DNA of 57,089 nucleotides from a virus (taxonomy: Duplodnaviria; Caudoviricetes), in the IMG/VR virus record IMGVR_UViG_3300025087_001783, positions 1 to 57,089 of that record, one strand, 5' to 3'. Below, piece after piece: positions 27,190 to 36,053 of the stretch (positions within the stretch are counted from its first letter, which is position 1; each line of letters begins with the position of its first letter). Position numbers and translations under genes: made by a program. The notes beneath the pieces are model-generated. The model made no database searches and had not been told where the DNA came from. It saw nothing but the letters and a program-made list of their open reading frames with translations.

Positions 27190-29481
27190 ATGTCCACCGA
27201 GCGATTTACGGTCGCTGAATTTGAAGAGGTTTTGAACAAAGCGTGCCAGGGGGACGAGGATGAGGATTACACGCTGGAGCTGCGCAAGCGCGGCATTCAG
27301 GCTGGCGAGTACAGATACCAGATCGTGGCCCATAATACGGGGCACGGTCTGGTTTTCGTTGAAATTGCCAGCAGTATAGGTCCCAGCGGTATTGCCGACG
27401 ATACGGGGGAGAACAGCATCCGGCTCTGGCTGACTGGAGAAGACGGCATGCCGATGGGAAACAAGATTTCCCGCTGGGTCACCAGGGTAAAGAACTGGCA
27501 GGACAGGCTCTTCGATCAGTTGGACAGGCTTATCAGCATGGCGCAGGCTATTCGCTGGTGCGATAAATGCCTCTCTTTGGAAAAGGTCTTCATCGTCAAG
27601 AAGGAAGGACCAAACAAGGGCAGATTGTTCATCAAGTGCAACTGCCCCAACAGTTTTGACTGGCTGGAGGAAACCGACCAGGAGGATGAGCCAAAGCTGG
27701 TCAAGGCAAATGAAAAAGCACCGTATTGCCCAAAGTGCGGTGGCAAGATGGTCAAGCGCAACGGAAAGCGCGGACCATTTTACGGATGCTCGTTGTACCC
27801 TGCCTGTACTGGCACTCGGGATATCGAGGACGTCAAGTCCGACCAGGAGGCTGAGCGGGATATGAAACAGGCCTTTGCCAAGCGCGAGGTTGAACAGGAG
27901 CGCAAGGCATTCGAGAGCGATCCCGACATGGTGCGGATGGCGCAGGAGGATAAGCGCGCTGCGTTGCTCAGCAAGCTTGCGAAAACCGATGTTCAGCCAG
28001 TTGCGCAGTCAAAACCTGCCGGCAAGAAGTTTACCCCCACTCCCCAGCAGCTGGCGATTTTCAATTGGGTGCAGCAGAACGTTTTGAAGAAGACCGGCAA
28101 GAGCTTGGTCGTCAATGCTGGACCTGGTTGTGGAAAGACCAGGACTGGCATCGAGTGCACGTTCTTGATCCCCTCTTCATTCAAGGTTGCCTTCACAGCT
28201 TTCAACAAGCATATCGCAGCCGAGTTGCAGGAGAAGGCTCCAAAGCACGTGCGCTGTTGTACGCTTAACAGCCTGGGTTTTGCTGCTTGCCGCAAGGCGT
28301 TCGGGAACAGCATCACGGTAGACGAGTACAAAACTACTCGCATCCTTGAGACGGTGCTGGATAAGTACACCCACAAGCACTTGTATCCGGCAATCCTGCA
28401 ACTGGTATCGCTTTGCAAAGCCAAGCTGAGCGGTGCGACGGCTGCGGAACTGACCGAGATTGCGGATTATCATGGTATCGAGCTGAATGGGGATGCGGAT
28501 ACGGTTTTCGCGGCAGTGGCGATCGTTCTCGAGCAGGATATTGCGATGACAGGTGTTGTAGACTACGATGATCAGGTTTTCCTGCCGGTCTACTATAACC
28601 TGCCCTGCGAGAAGTTTGACGCAATCCTCGGTGACGAGTTACAGGACTTCAACAATGCCAATGCTGCGTTGATTATGCAGAGTCTGAAACCCACTGGCAG
28701 TTTCATCGGGATCGGGGACACCAATCAGAGCCTGTACGGATTTCGTGGTGCCAACGTTGATGCGATCGAGAATGTAGTGAAAATGCTTGATGCTGAGCAG
28801 CTGCCCCTGTCAGTAACATTCCGGTGCCCAAAGAGCCATGTACGTCACTGCAACGAGCATCGTCCGGATATTCCTCTGGCAGCTGCAGATTGGGCAATAG
28901 AAGGCACGCTGCGGTTTGACGTCACGGAAGAGCGCGCCCTTATGGAGTACAAGAGCGGTGACATGGTGATCTGCCGAACAAACGCTCCCCTGGTGGCGCC
29001 AGCGTTTGCTCTGATCCGCAAGGGGATCAAGGCCACGATCCGCGGCAGGGATATCGGCAAAGGCCTGACAGTGCTGATCCGCAAGCTGAAAGCACACGAC
29101 CTGTTTGACCTGATGAGGAAGTTGGAGGAGTACTCGGAGGTGGAGGTTGCTAAACTCATGGCTGCGGAGCGCAGTGCTCAGGCACAGACCCTGCAGGACA
29201 AAGTTGAAACGATAATCGCCTTGAGCGATGGTGTTTCTACGATCAGCGAGTTGGAGGATCGGATCGAGACAATCTTCAGTGACAAGGCAGAAGGCGTGGT
29301 ATTTTCATCTATCCACCGTGCAAAAGGCTTGGAGGCCAAAAACGTTTATATCCTACACCCAGAACTTATCCCGCACCCGATGGCGAAGAAGGAGTGGGAA
29401 CAGCGACAGGAAGGCAATTGCTGGTGGGTATCACGTACTCGCTCGTTGGAAAACCTGACAATCGTTCTTTCAGAAAGATAG
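27190..29481 (+). CDS. SF1 (UvrD/Rep-like) helicase with N-terminal GRF and topoisomerase-type Zn ribbons
   Basis: KKEGPNKGRLFIKC (zf-GRF), CPKCGGKMVKRNGKRGPFYGCSLYPAC (topo zf-C4), AGPGCGKT, DELQD, QSLYGFRGA, TFRCP, SIHRAKGLE. Confidence 0.9.
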   Translation: MSTERFTVAEFEEVLNKACQGDEDEDYTLELRKRGIQAGEYRYQIVAHNTGHGLVFVEIASSIGPSGIADDTGENSIRLWLTGEDGMPMGNKISRWVTRVKNWQDRLFDQLDRLISMAQAIRWCDKCLSLEKVFIVKKEGPNKGRLFIKCNCPNSFDWLEETDQEDEPKLVKANEKAPYCPKCGGKMVKRNGKRGPFYGCSLYPACTGTRDIEDVKSDQEAERDMKQAFAKREVEQERKAFESDPDMVRMAQEDKRAALLSKLAKTDVQPVAQSKPAGKKFTPTPQQLAIFNWVQQNVLKKTGKSLVVNAGPGCGKTRTGIECTFLIPSSFKVAFTAFNKHIAAELQEKAPKHVRCCTLNSLGFAACRKAFGNSITVDEYKTTRILETVLDKYTHKHLYPAILQLVSLCKAKLSGATAAELTEIADYHGIELNGDADTVFAAVAIVLEQDIAMTGVVDYDDQVFLPVYYNLPCEKFDAILGDELQDFNNANAALIMQSLKPTGSFIGIGDTNQSLYGFRGANVDAIENVVKMLDAEQLPLSVTFRCPKSHVRHCNEHRPDIPLAAADWAIEGTLRFDVTEERALMEYKSGDMVICRTNAPLVAPAFALIRKGIKATIRGRDIGKGLTVLIRKLKAHDLFDLMRKLEEYSEVEVAKLMAAERSAQAQTLQDKVETIIALSDGVSTISELEDRIETIFSDKAEGVVFSSIHRAKGLEAKNVYILHPELIPHPMAKKEWEQRQEGNCWWVSRTRSLENLTIVLSER

Positions 29482-29490
29482 GAGGCTGCG

Positions 29491-29694
29491 ATGAAGAAAG
29501 TTATTACTATTACGGTTATTGTTGGGGATGTGCATACTGATCTTGATAAGATGAATCCCCATGATATCGAGCGCGCGGTGCGGGAAGGATGCGTGGAAGT
29601 GCGCCTCCCGAATGGGAGCATTTTCCTTAGTCCTCGCGATGACGACGTTGCTGTAAGTGTATTGGAAATATTCCCCTATCGAACAGGAGGATGA
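29491..29694 (+). CDS. Hypothetical protein
   Basis: Shared extended RBS; 67 aa. Confidence 0.65.
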   Translation: MKKVITITVIVGDVHTDLDKMNPHDIERAVREGCVEVRLPNGSIFLSPRDDDVAVSVLEIFPYRTGG

Positions 29695-29695
29695 T

Positions 29696-30073
29696 ATGAA
29701 GCTAATCCTTGTTGTGAAGCGTAAAGGCGCACCGGACTCCAGCGCGTGGGAAGAGACACTGGATGTTCCAAGAATGCCGGATGATGGTGCATACGATTAT
29801 GCGGAGGCAATCATCCGCAGGTTCAATAATACGCTTAAGCCAGGTGAAAGTCCGCGTGCATTGGTTGACTTGTATGAGGATATTGATGCAAAGGAGGTTA
29901 TTGAGCACGATTGGGAAAAGACCAATCTTATTACGATTAATGATCGCAATGGCCTGTATGATGCCTATCGCTGTTGCAAGTGTGGTATTACCGGCAAGCG
30001 GTTTGGTTTGGGTAGAAACGTCACACGTGATGGAAAGTACTCTGCTAAGAAGTACGAAAATTGTAAGGAGTAG
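29696..30073 (+). CDS. Hypothetical protein with C-terminal H/CxxC Zn-binding pattern
   Basis: AGGAGG RBS; HDW..YRCCKCG. Confidence 0.65.
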   Translation: MKLILVVKRKGAPDSSAWEETLDVPRMPDDGAYDYAEAIIRRFNNTLKPGESPRALVDLYEDIDAKEVIEHDWEKTNLITINDRNGLYDAYRCCKCGITGKRFGLGRNVTRDGKYSAKKYENCKE

Positions 30074-30082
30074 GAGGCTGCA

Positions 30083-30904
30083 ATGGCAAACACGATTTGT
30101 GTGAGTTGGAAGGTTATCAATCATAATTACACTACTCATCATTTGGCATATGCTGGTGCTGATGAATGCTTGTGCGGTGCGGTAATTCCCGAGTTTGCGG
30201 AAAAGGTTGCATATGACGAAATGAAAATTTGTCAGCGGTGTAGATGTTTACATCATAAGCATGCGCACCACGCAGAAAAAGTTGCTGTCAAGTTTAGTAC
30301 AATAGAGGACGAGATGATGGGATTTGCGCAATATTTGGCAGCAAGAAATGCAGGAGAGGTTGTTCTAATGGAGCAGGACGAGCTGGTTGGTGAGCTGTGT
30401 GAGGAGATTGTTAAGGGTTTGCGTTACTACGCTGACAAAGACCTGACCGACGATCAGCTGAAAGCAGTCCTGCGCAAGATGATGGACAACCGGATAGCTG
30501 AGTTGCGATACAGGCACTACGTTACTCATCGTGCTGCACTCATTGGAGCAGCGTCTCTATGCGACGATGATGCGGAGTTTATTACCTCGGACGACATTAC
30601 CCCCGACCAGGCCTATGCCAGTATGGAATATGTCGATGGTGTACGTGCGGCGCTGTCGGATACTGCTGCGAAAGTGTTTGATGCGCTTGTTCATGGCACC
30701 AGTGAGAAGCTGGGAGTGTTGGTTTGGCTATCATGCGTGCGAGCCAATACAGTGCATGCCAATAGCAAAGCGGTATTAAAATACTGGCACGTTGCTCAAG
30801 CGCTGGACATGGACGAGCGCACGGTGCGTGACGCGTTCAATGAGATACGGGCTGTTATGGTGTATGACACCCCGATGGTAAGCAACCAGATCGAATATAC
30901 ATAG
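30083..30904 (+). CDS. Sigma70/ECF-like transcription factor
   Basis: Region-2-like (EQDELVGELC..RKMMDNRIAELR) and C-terminal HTH (HVAQALDMDERTVRDAF); alternative start at 30314 behind CAAGTTTAGTACAAT (30289-30303). Confidence 0.55.
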   Translation: MANTICVSWKVINHNYTTHHLAYAGADECLCGAVIPEFAEKVAYDEMKICQRCRCLHHKHAHHAEKVAVKFSTIEDEMMGFAQYLAARNAGEVVLMEQDELVGELCEEIVKGLRYYADKDLTDDQLKAVLRKMMDNRIAELRYRHYVTHRAALIGAASLCDDDAEFITSDDITPDQAYASMEYVDGVRAALSDTAAKVFDALVHGTSEKLGVLVWLSCVRANTVHANSKAVLKYWHVAQALDMDERTVRDAFNEIRAVMVYDTPMVSNQIEYT

Positions 30905-30915
30905 AGGAGGTTCTT

Positions 30916-31377
30916 GTGACTGCTGCAGTGGATGAGGTCAGTAAGCAGTTTACCAAAAAGGAACTGCACAAGATTGCCGAGGAGCTGGAGATTGGCGTTG
31001 ATATCGGAGCTAGTGCTACCAGCATTGTCTCTACCGTCATTGGCGATCTTGACGAAAATGGAGTTCCCGAGATTGAGGATTGCAGCGACCTGCTCGCAGA
31101 GTTCCTGGTTGCTGCCGAGTATATTGACGAGAATGGAAATCCTGTCCAGGAAGAGGAGGAAAAATCATCAGAAGAACCTGTCATTGATGATGCTAAGAAA
31201 CCGGAGTGTTTCGGATTTCAAGACAGCCGCGATCCGGCGTGTGCAAAGTGCAAGGTTGTTGCAGCGTGCACCAAAGAGCGTGTCCGAACACGCCCAACGT
31301 GTTTTGGTAAGTTGTTCAAAGCGCATGATCCTGAGTGCCAGGCATGCCTAGAGTTTGCAGAATGTAAAGGAGCGTGA
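30916..31377 (+). CDS. Hypothetical protein with duplicated CFG...CxxC Zn modules
   Basis: PECFG..DPACAKC and PTCFG..DPECQAC; GAGGAGG RBS. Confidence 0.65.
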   Translation: MTAAVDEVSKQFTKKELHKIAEELEIGVDIGASATSIVSTVIGDLDENGVPEIEDCSDLLAEFLVAAEYIDENGNPVQEEEEKSSEEPVIDDAKKPECFGFQDSRDPACAKCKVVAACTKERVRTRPTCFGKLFKAHDPECQACLEFAECKGA

Positions 31378-31381
31378 AATT

Positions 31382-32125
31382 ATGGGAAAGCGACGTCGCA
31401 TTGTTCGTCGGAGTGGTAGTGCCTCGAAACCTGCAGTGTCCGATCAGGACCTCGAAGAAGAGGAAGATCTGGAAGTCGAAGGCGAAGAGCCTGAAGACGA
31501 GTACGACGAGGAAGATCTGGAAGTCGAAGATCTCGAAGAAGAAGATGAGGACGAGGAAGAAGAGGAAATTCCTGTTCGCAAGAGCAAGACCGTTGCTCCT
31601 CCGGCAAAGCCTGCCTCCAAGAAACCCGCACCGGCAAAGCCCGCTGTCAAGAAACCTGCCAAGCCCGTTGATGAGGACGAAGACGAGGATGAGGAAACTC
31701 CTGCCCCTGCCAAAGTCACCATCAAGAAGATCGACCAGCAGATGGCTGAGCTGACCCTGACTGGGCTGCTGGAAGCCATGGACGACGGCAACAGCCTGCT
31801 GATCACCAAGCTGGAAACTGGCAAGTGGCAGATTTCCACTACTGATGCCAAGGTTGTTGGTCGTGGATTCAAGCGTGGTAGGGATTACGATATGGAAGTC
31901 GAGGATCCGAAATTCCACGAGTGGCGTGATGAGTGGCGCGCGCTGTCTTTCGAAGAGAAGAAAAAGCGTGCCAAGAAAGCTGGCGCCACTTGGGAGCCGC
32001 ACGACAATCCTCAGATCGAGGTCATCCGCATGGCAGAGGCCTATCGCGCCAAGCTGGGCATCCACAAGTACAAGCCAGAATATCGGACCTACGCTGCACG
32101 CGCAGCTGTCCGCGCTGGCAAGTAA
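31382..32125 (+). CDS. Acidic / Lys-Pro-Ala-rich hypothetical protein
   Basis: AGGAG RBS; low-complexity E/D and KKPA tracts; followed by a hairpin. Confidence 0.7.
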   Translation: MGKRRRIVRRSGSASKPAVSDQDLEEEEDLEVEGEEPEDEYDEEDLEVEDLEEEDEDEEEEEIPVRKSKTVAPPAKPASKKPAPAKPAVKKPAKPVDEDEDEDEETPAPAKVTIKKIDQQMAELTLTGLLEAMDDGNSLLITKLETGKWQISTTDAKVVGRGFKRGRDYDMEVEDPKFHEWRDEWRALSFEEKKKRAKKAGATWEPHDNPQIEVIRMAEAYRAKLGIHKYKPEYRTYAARAAVRAGK

Positions 32126-32145
32126 TATCAACTATCTGTTTTGGA

Positions 32146-32183
32146 AAACCATGCTGCCTGTGTCATTCCAGGCAGCATGGTTT
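32146..32183 (+). terminator. Stem-loop/terminator
   Basis: AAACCATGCTGCCTG-TGTCATTC-CAGGCAGCATGGTTT 15-bp stem. Confidence 0.65.
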
Positions 32184-32195
32184 GGGAAATAAACA

Positions 32196-33254
32196 ATGGC
32201 CTCCGCGATTAAAGACAACCCGTTCTCCGCAGATTATCATTTACTGTATTTTGCTGAATTTGTGAAAGCTGTGCAGGATGCTGGTGGAACCACACCGCAT
32301 ATGCTGATGACAGTCGAGTCCGCAAGGCGCCAAAAGCACACGGATGAAAAACTGTGGTGGGCAGGTTGTTATGCGTTCGTGTACAACTACGCCAGCGCGG
32401 AGGTTTTATACAACCACTGGCGTCCAGGAGAATGGACTGTGGACGAACTATCTAAGTGGATTGGCGAAAACTGGAAGGGCATTAAGTTTCGCAAGGAGCG
32501 CAAGGCTGCTAGGAGCGTGGCGCGCTTGACAACTTGCATGCAAACGTACTATGATTTTATGGAGCGCGTTCCGGATCGTGATTGGTTCCGCAGCAAAAAT
32601 GGGTATTCCGGTGGGGAGCGTTATAACGCCGCGTTTGAGGATATATGCAACAATGTAAAGTACATGGGCAGATATATTGCAATCCGGTGGTTGGAGGTTG
32701 TGCGGCGCGTGTTTGACATCGACATGGAGATGCCTGACTTGCGGTCCAGGGATGGCGATCATCCTCGCAAGGCATTGGCACTGATGTATCCGGAGCATCT
32801 GACTGCACTGATGGGTGGCAACTCTGATGCTGAAATTGCTGAAACGGATGAGGTTGTTGAGATTTGCAAAGAGGACTTGCGCAAGCTGTATGGCGTCAAA
32901 ACGGATTATTACACCATGCAGTCGCTGCTGTGCGAGTATAAGCAGAGCTGCCTTGGGCGCAGACAATATCCTGGCAAGTCCGTTGACAGCGAGTTGTCAT
33001 ACTTCGAAAAGGTTTGCACGGATTGGTGGGGGGATGCGTTTCGTGAGCAGACAATCATGTACGACGTTCGTAGAACGATATTTCCATCCTACATGCTTGG
33101 AGAGGTCCAGGGTTGGAGTGGAGTACGCGAGGAGCTGGGTAATGTGCTGGTTGACCATGGCTATACTTGGAGTGACAGGGTGTATAATTATGTCAAAACC
33201 AAGGATTTTTCCAATCCTGTGTTGCGGTCTAGCAAGGTTACGAGTATTCTATGA
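32196..33254 (+). CDS. Amino acid:DNA transferase-like protein (aGPT-Pplase2/ADDT family)
   Basis: KYMGRYIAIRWLE, HPRKAL, QSLLCEYK..YPG motifs; adjacent to a kinase and aGPT-Pplase1. Confidence 0.7.
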   Translation: MASAIKDNPFSADYHLLYFAEFVKAVQDAGGTTPHMLMTVESARRQKHTDEKLWWAGCYAFVYNYASAEVLYNHWRPGEWTVDELSKWIGENWKGIKFRKERKAARSVARLTTCMQTYYDFMERVPDRDWFRSKNGYSGGERYNAAFEDICNNVKYMGRYIAIRWLEVVRRVFDIDMEMPDLRSRDGDHPRKALALMYPEHLTALMGGNSDAEIAETDEVVEICKEDLRKLYGVKTDYYTMQSLLCEYKQSCLGRRQYPGKSVDSELSYFEKVCTDWWGDAFREQTIMYDVRRTIFPSYMLGEVQGWSGVREELGNVLVDHGYTWSDRVYNYVKTKDFSNPVLRSSKVTSIL

Positions 33255-33685
33255 GAGCCACACCTATTTTACCAGGGAAATTATACCAGGGTCCAGAGTT
33301 CGGTAACAGGCCTTTGCAGGAGAAATTATCATTAATCAGGGATAATAGGATTGATGTCGTAATTAATGTTTACAAGAATCCTGATGTCAAGTTGCGAGAG
33401 AGGATGTACGAGTATATCTATTTCCCTATGTCGGATGGAAAAACATTCAATGCACTGGAGCTGATGGATCTTGCGGAGCGCGCTGCGGATTTGCTCAGGG
33501 CAGGTTATGTTATTTATACCCACTGCCATGCTGGCAGGAATCGCAGTGGATTCCTGAACGCGTTGATTGTTAGGGACTATTGCAATATTCCCGGTCATCA
33601 GGCATTGCAGCATGTCAGGCAAATGCGACCGCGCGCTGTTGACAACGAGTATTTTGAGTGGTTCTTAGAGGAGATTGATGCATGA
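33251..33685 (+). CDS. Dual-specificity/protein-tyrosine phosphatase-fold protein
   Basis: HCHAGRNRS (HCX5R), upstream PMSD acid loop, VRQMRP. Confidence 0.9.
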   Translation: MRATPILPGKLYQGPEFGNRPLQEKLSLIRDNRIDVVINVYKNPDVKLRERMYEYIYFPMSDGKTFNALELMDLAERAADLLRAGYVIYTHCHAGRNRSGFLNALIVRDYCNIPGHQALQHVRQMRPRAVDNEYFEWFLEEIDA

Positions 33686-34287
33686 TCATACAGTTGCGCG
33701 GCACATCAGGATCAGGCAAAACCTATACCGCTCGATCGTTTATGGAGTGCTATGCTCCCGACATTCAAATTTGTGATATTGGCGGCAAGACTGTTGCGCA
33801 TTGCGTGTATTGGGAGATGCAACCTGTATACTTGTTGGGCAGTTACAAGAATGTTTGTGGGGGATGCGATAGCATCAGCAGTCAGGACATGGTTTGCAGC
33901 CTGGTGCGGCATTTCAGCCAGTTTGGGCATGTAATTTTCGAGGGCCTGATAATGTCGCACTTATACGCGCGCTATGCAGCGTTGGCAGATGAGATGTCAG
34001 AAGCTGGGGATGTATTTACGTTTGCGTTTATGGATACTCCACTAGAGTTGTGCTTGGAGCGTATCGTACAGCGCAGGATTACCAAAGGTAATTATAAGGA
34101 GCTTAATCCTGACAATACGATTGGCAAGTACGAATCTACGCATGCTGTGGCAGAAAAGCTCAGGAAAGCTGGGTACAACGTTGTTTGGATCAATCATAAG
34201 AAAACTCCTGTTACACAGCTGATCAGTTTGCTGCATAAAGACAACATACCATTTGAGCAGTCCTATCGGGAGGAAAGTTTCCGATGA
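33682..34287 (+). CDS. P-loop nucleotide/DNA kinase of base-modification clusters
   Basis: IIQLRGTSGSGKT, GSY..CGGCD, FEG, CLERIVQRR. Confidence 0.75.
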   Translation: MIIQLRGTSGSGKTYTARSFMECYAPDIQICDIGGKTVAHCVYWEMQPVYLLGSYKNVCGGCDSISSQDMVCSLVRHFSQFGHVIFEGLIMSHLYARYAALADEMSEAGDVFTFAFMDTPLELCLERIVQRRITKGNYKELNPDNTIGKYESTHAVAEKLRKAGYNVVWINHKKTPVTQLISLLHKDNIPFEQSYREESFR

Positions 34288-35174
34288 AGCTGAAAGCGTC
34301 GCATGTTGCTAGATATTTTCAATTCTGCGCAGAACGGCATGCAATATATGCATGTAGGCAACGCGGCGATGAGTGGCCATGGACAACCAACGAAATCCTG
34401 AAAACATACAAGTTTACCAATGTATACAGAGAGTTAGACATTGGGACGGTATGGTTGCGAGAGAACATTCGTGGGCCGTATGCTGATGATCCGGAGCTGT
34501 TTTTCAATATTGCATTGTATCGCAGGTACAACTATTGGCCCATGGCTGAATGTATAGGATATGTTGATGTTTACGAGGAAGTGCTACAGCTTCCTGACAT
34601 AGCGCGCTCTTACAAAACGCACGGTGGGCAGGTGTTTACAGGTGCGCACATGATTAACTGCCCAAAACCGTTCAAAAGCAAGATCGACTACGTGTTTGAT
34701 ATTGGCGCCAAAGAGCTGTGGGAAAAGCGCAGGGGTATAGAGGATTGTCATTCATTGCAGGAAGCGTTCAACTGGCTGAAAACATTGGGAGGTTTTGGCC
34801 CATTTATTAGCTATGAGGTTGTTACAGATTTGCGTTGGACGCGCTATTTACAAGACGCTCCTGACATAAATACTTGGGCAAACCCTGGTCCTGGGGCACA
34901 GCGTGGTATATTGCGGTTGATGGACTACCCTATCAACAATCATGCAGGCCTCCCAAAGCTACCACCAGGGGTAAAGTGTCCTGGCAGCTTTATTGCTGCA
35001 ATGCAGGCACTGTTAGAAAAATCCAGGAGCGTTCTGCCTGATTGGATGCCGGCATTTGAATTAAGGGATGTGGAGCACAGCTTGTGCGAATTTGACAAGT
35101 ACGAGCGTGTCAGGACTGGCGAGGGTCGTCCAAGAAGCAAGTTCGTACCGCCACATTTACGCGATCAAGTTTAG
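34284..35174 (+). CDS. aGPT-Pplase1 / 5-hmdU DNA kinase helical-domain family protein
   Basis: ERH.IY..PWT..IL..YKFTNVYRELD, GFGPFISYEVVTDL, GPGAQRG, EHSLCEFDKY. Confidence 0.85.
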   Translation: MKLKASHVARYFQFCAERHAIYACRQRGDEWPWTTNEILKTYKFTNVYRELDIGTVWLRENIRGPYADDPELFFNIALYRRYNYWPMAECIGYVDVYEEVLQLPDIARSYKTHGGQVFTGAHMINCPKPFKSKIDYVFDIGAKELWEKRRGIEDCHSLQEAFNWLKTLGGFGPFISYEVVTDLRWTRYLQDAPDINTWANPGPGAQRGILRLMDYPINNHAGLPKLPPGVKCPGSFIAAMQALLEKSRSVLPDWMPAFELRDVEHSLCEFDKYERVRTGEGRPRSKFVPPHLRDQV

Positions 35175-35180
35175 TTAAAT

Positions 35181-35465
35181 ATGAACACCAAGCAATATTA
35201 CCTAGAGCTGACAGATAAGGAAAAAGAAGACGCCAAGAATTTCCATAACGCTGTTGTTGCTGCGGTTGATAAGTTTGCGGCAACCTACGGATATATGCCA
35301 AGCTGTGTGTATATGCGCGAGGATCAGATAATTGATGGGTTTGTAATACCTGCGAAAGTTGCTCCGCAGCCGCCATACCATATCATGCTTGGCCCATATG
35401 TAATTGCTCGCACCCCTAAGATATTCATAGGAGTTAGAAATGGAAAACGAAATCACAAAAGCTAA
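35181..35465 (+). CDS. Hypothetical protein
   Basis: 94-aa ORF within the cluster. Confidence 0.55.
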   Translation: MNTKQYYLELTDKEKEDAKNFHNAVVAAVDKFAATYGYMPSCVYMREDQIIDGFVIPAKVAPQPPYHIMLGPYVIARTPKIFIGVRNGKRNHKS

Positions 35466-35877
35466 GACTCTTGAAGTCACTGCTGACGATTTGTACAAGG
35501 ATTTATCTGGAAAGGCTGGTGATCATGTCAATGATGTCAATGTGCTGATGTCATTGCTGCACAACCTACACGTTGCCAAGGAGCGAGTGTACAATTTATC
35601 ATTTTGCCGGAGAGGTCTGGTTGGAGTTTGGATGAACCTGGCTCGCAAGTATGACAGGATCGATGCCATGTCCTGCTCCGAAGACTATCGCAATTTTACC
35701 TATATTGACACGCTATTTGACACGGCTGCGTACGCGCTGAAGATGATTGATATCCTGCGCAAGATGTACCCAGAGGCATTTGACAAGTGGCTGGAGAACG
35801 TGTATTGCGAATACACTGGACATAGTATCACTCACGTTCGTAAGATACTGAATGGGGATGGAAATGAACAGCGATAA
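35440..35877 (+). CDS. Nucleotide-modification-associated domain (Nmad1/DUF1599-like, MazG-fold)
   Basis: AK..Y..RKYDRI..DTLFDTAAYA pattern; AGGAG RBS. Confidence 0.6.
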   Translation: MENEITKAKTLEVTADDLYKDLSGKAGDHVNDVNVLMSLLHNLHVAKERVYNLSFCRRGLVGVWMNLARKYDRIDAMSCSEDYRNFTYIDTLFDTAAYALKMIDILRKMYPEAFDKWLENVYCEYTGHSITHVRKILNGDGNEQR

Positions 35878-36052
35878 GGATGTATACATCGAGATTGATG
35901 TTATTAAGCTGATGATCACGACAGCGGCAGCACTGTCGTTTTGCATGACAGTTATCTTGTTTATTACTGGGCTTATACTGCTGTGCGTTTTGTCGTTGCT
36001 TATTACGCTGCCTCTTTGCATGCTATTCCTAGCATACGTTATGGAAGCGTGA
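35864..36052 (+). CDS. Small membrane protein
   Basis: Long hydrophobic stretch. Confidence 0.45.
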   Translation: MNSDKDVYIEIDVIKLMITTAAALSFCMTVILFITGLILLCVLSLLITLPLCMLFLAYVMEA

Positions 36053-36053
36053 T

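Larger units (their letters stand above)
27029..30085 (+). repeat. Dispersed extended RBS/start motif AGGAGGCTGC(A/G)ATG, 4 copies
   Basis: 27029-27042, 27179-27192, 29480-29493, 30072-30085. Confidence 0.9.

Noticed and set aside
31440-31700. GAR/GAY-rich repeats (also 5067-5112 and 40373-40442)
   Set aside because: Low-complexity acidic protein tracts; not CRISPR or tandem DNA arrays.
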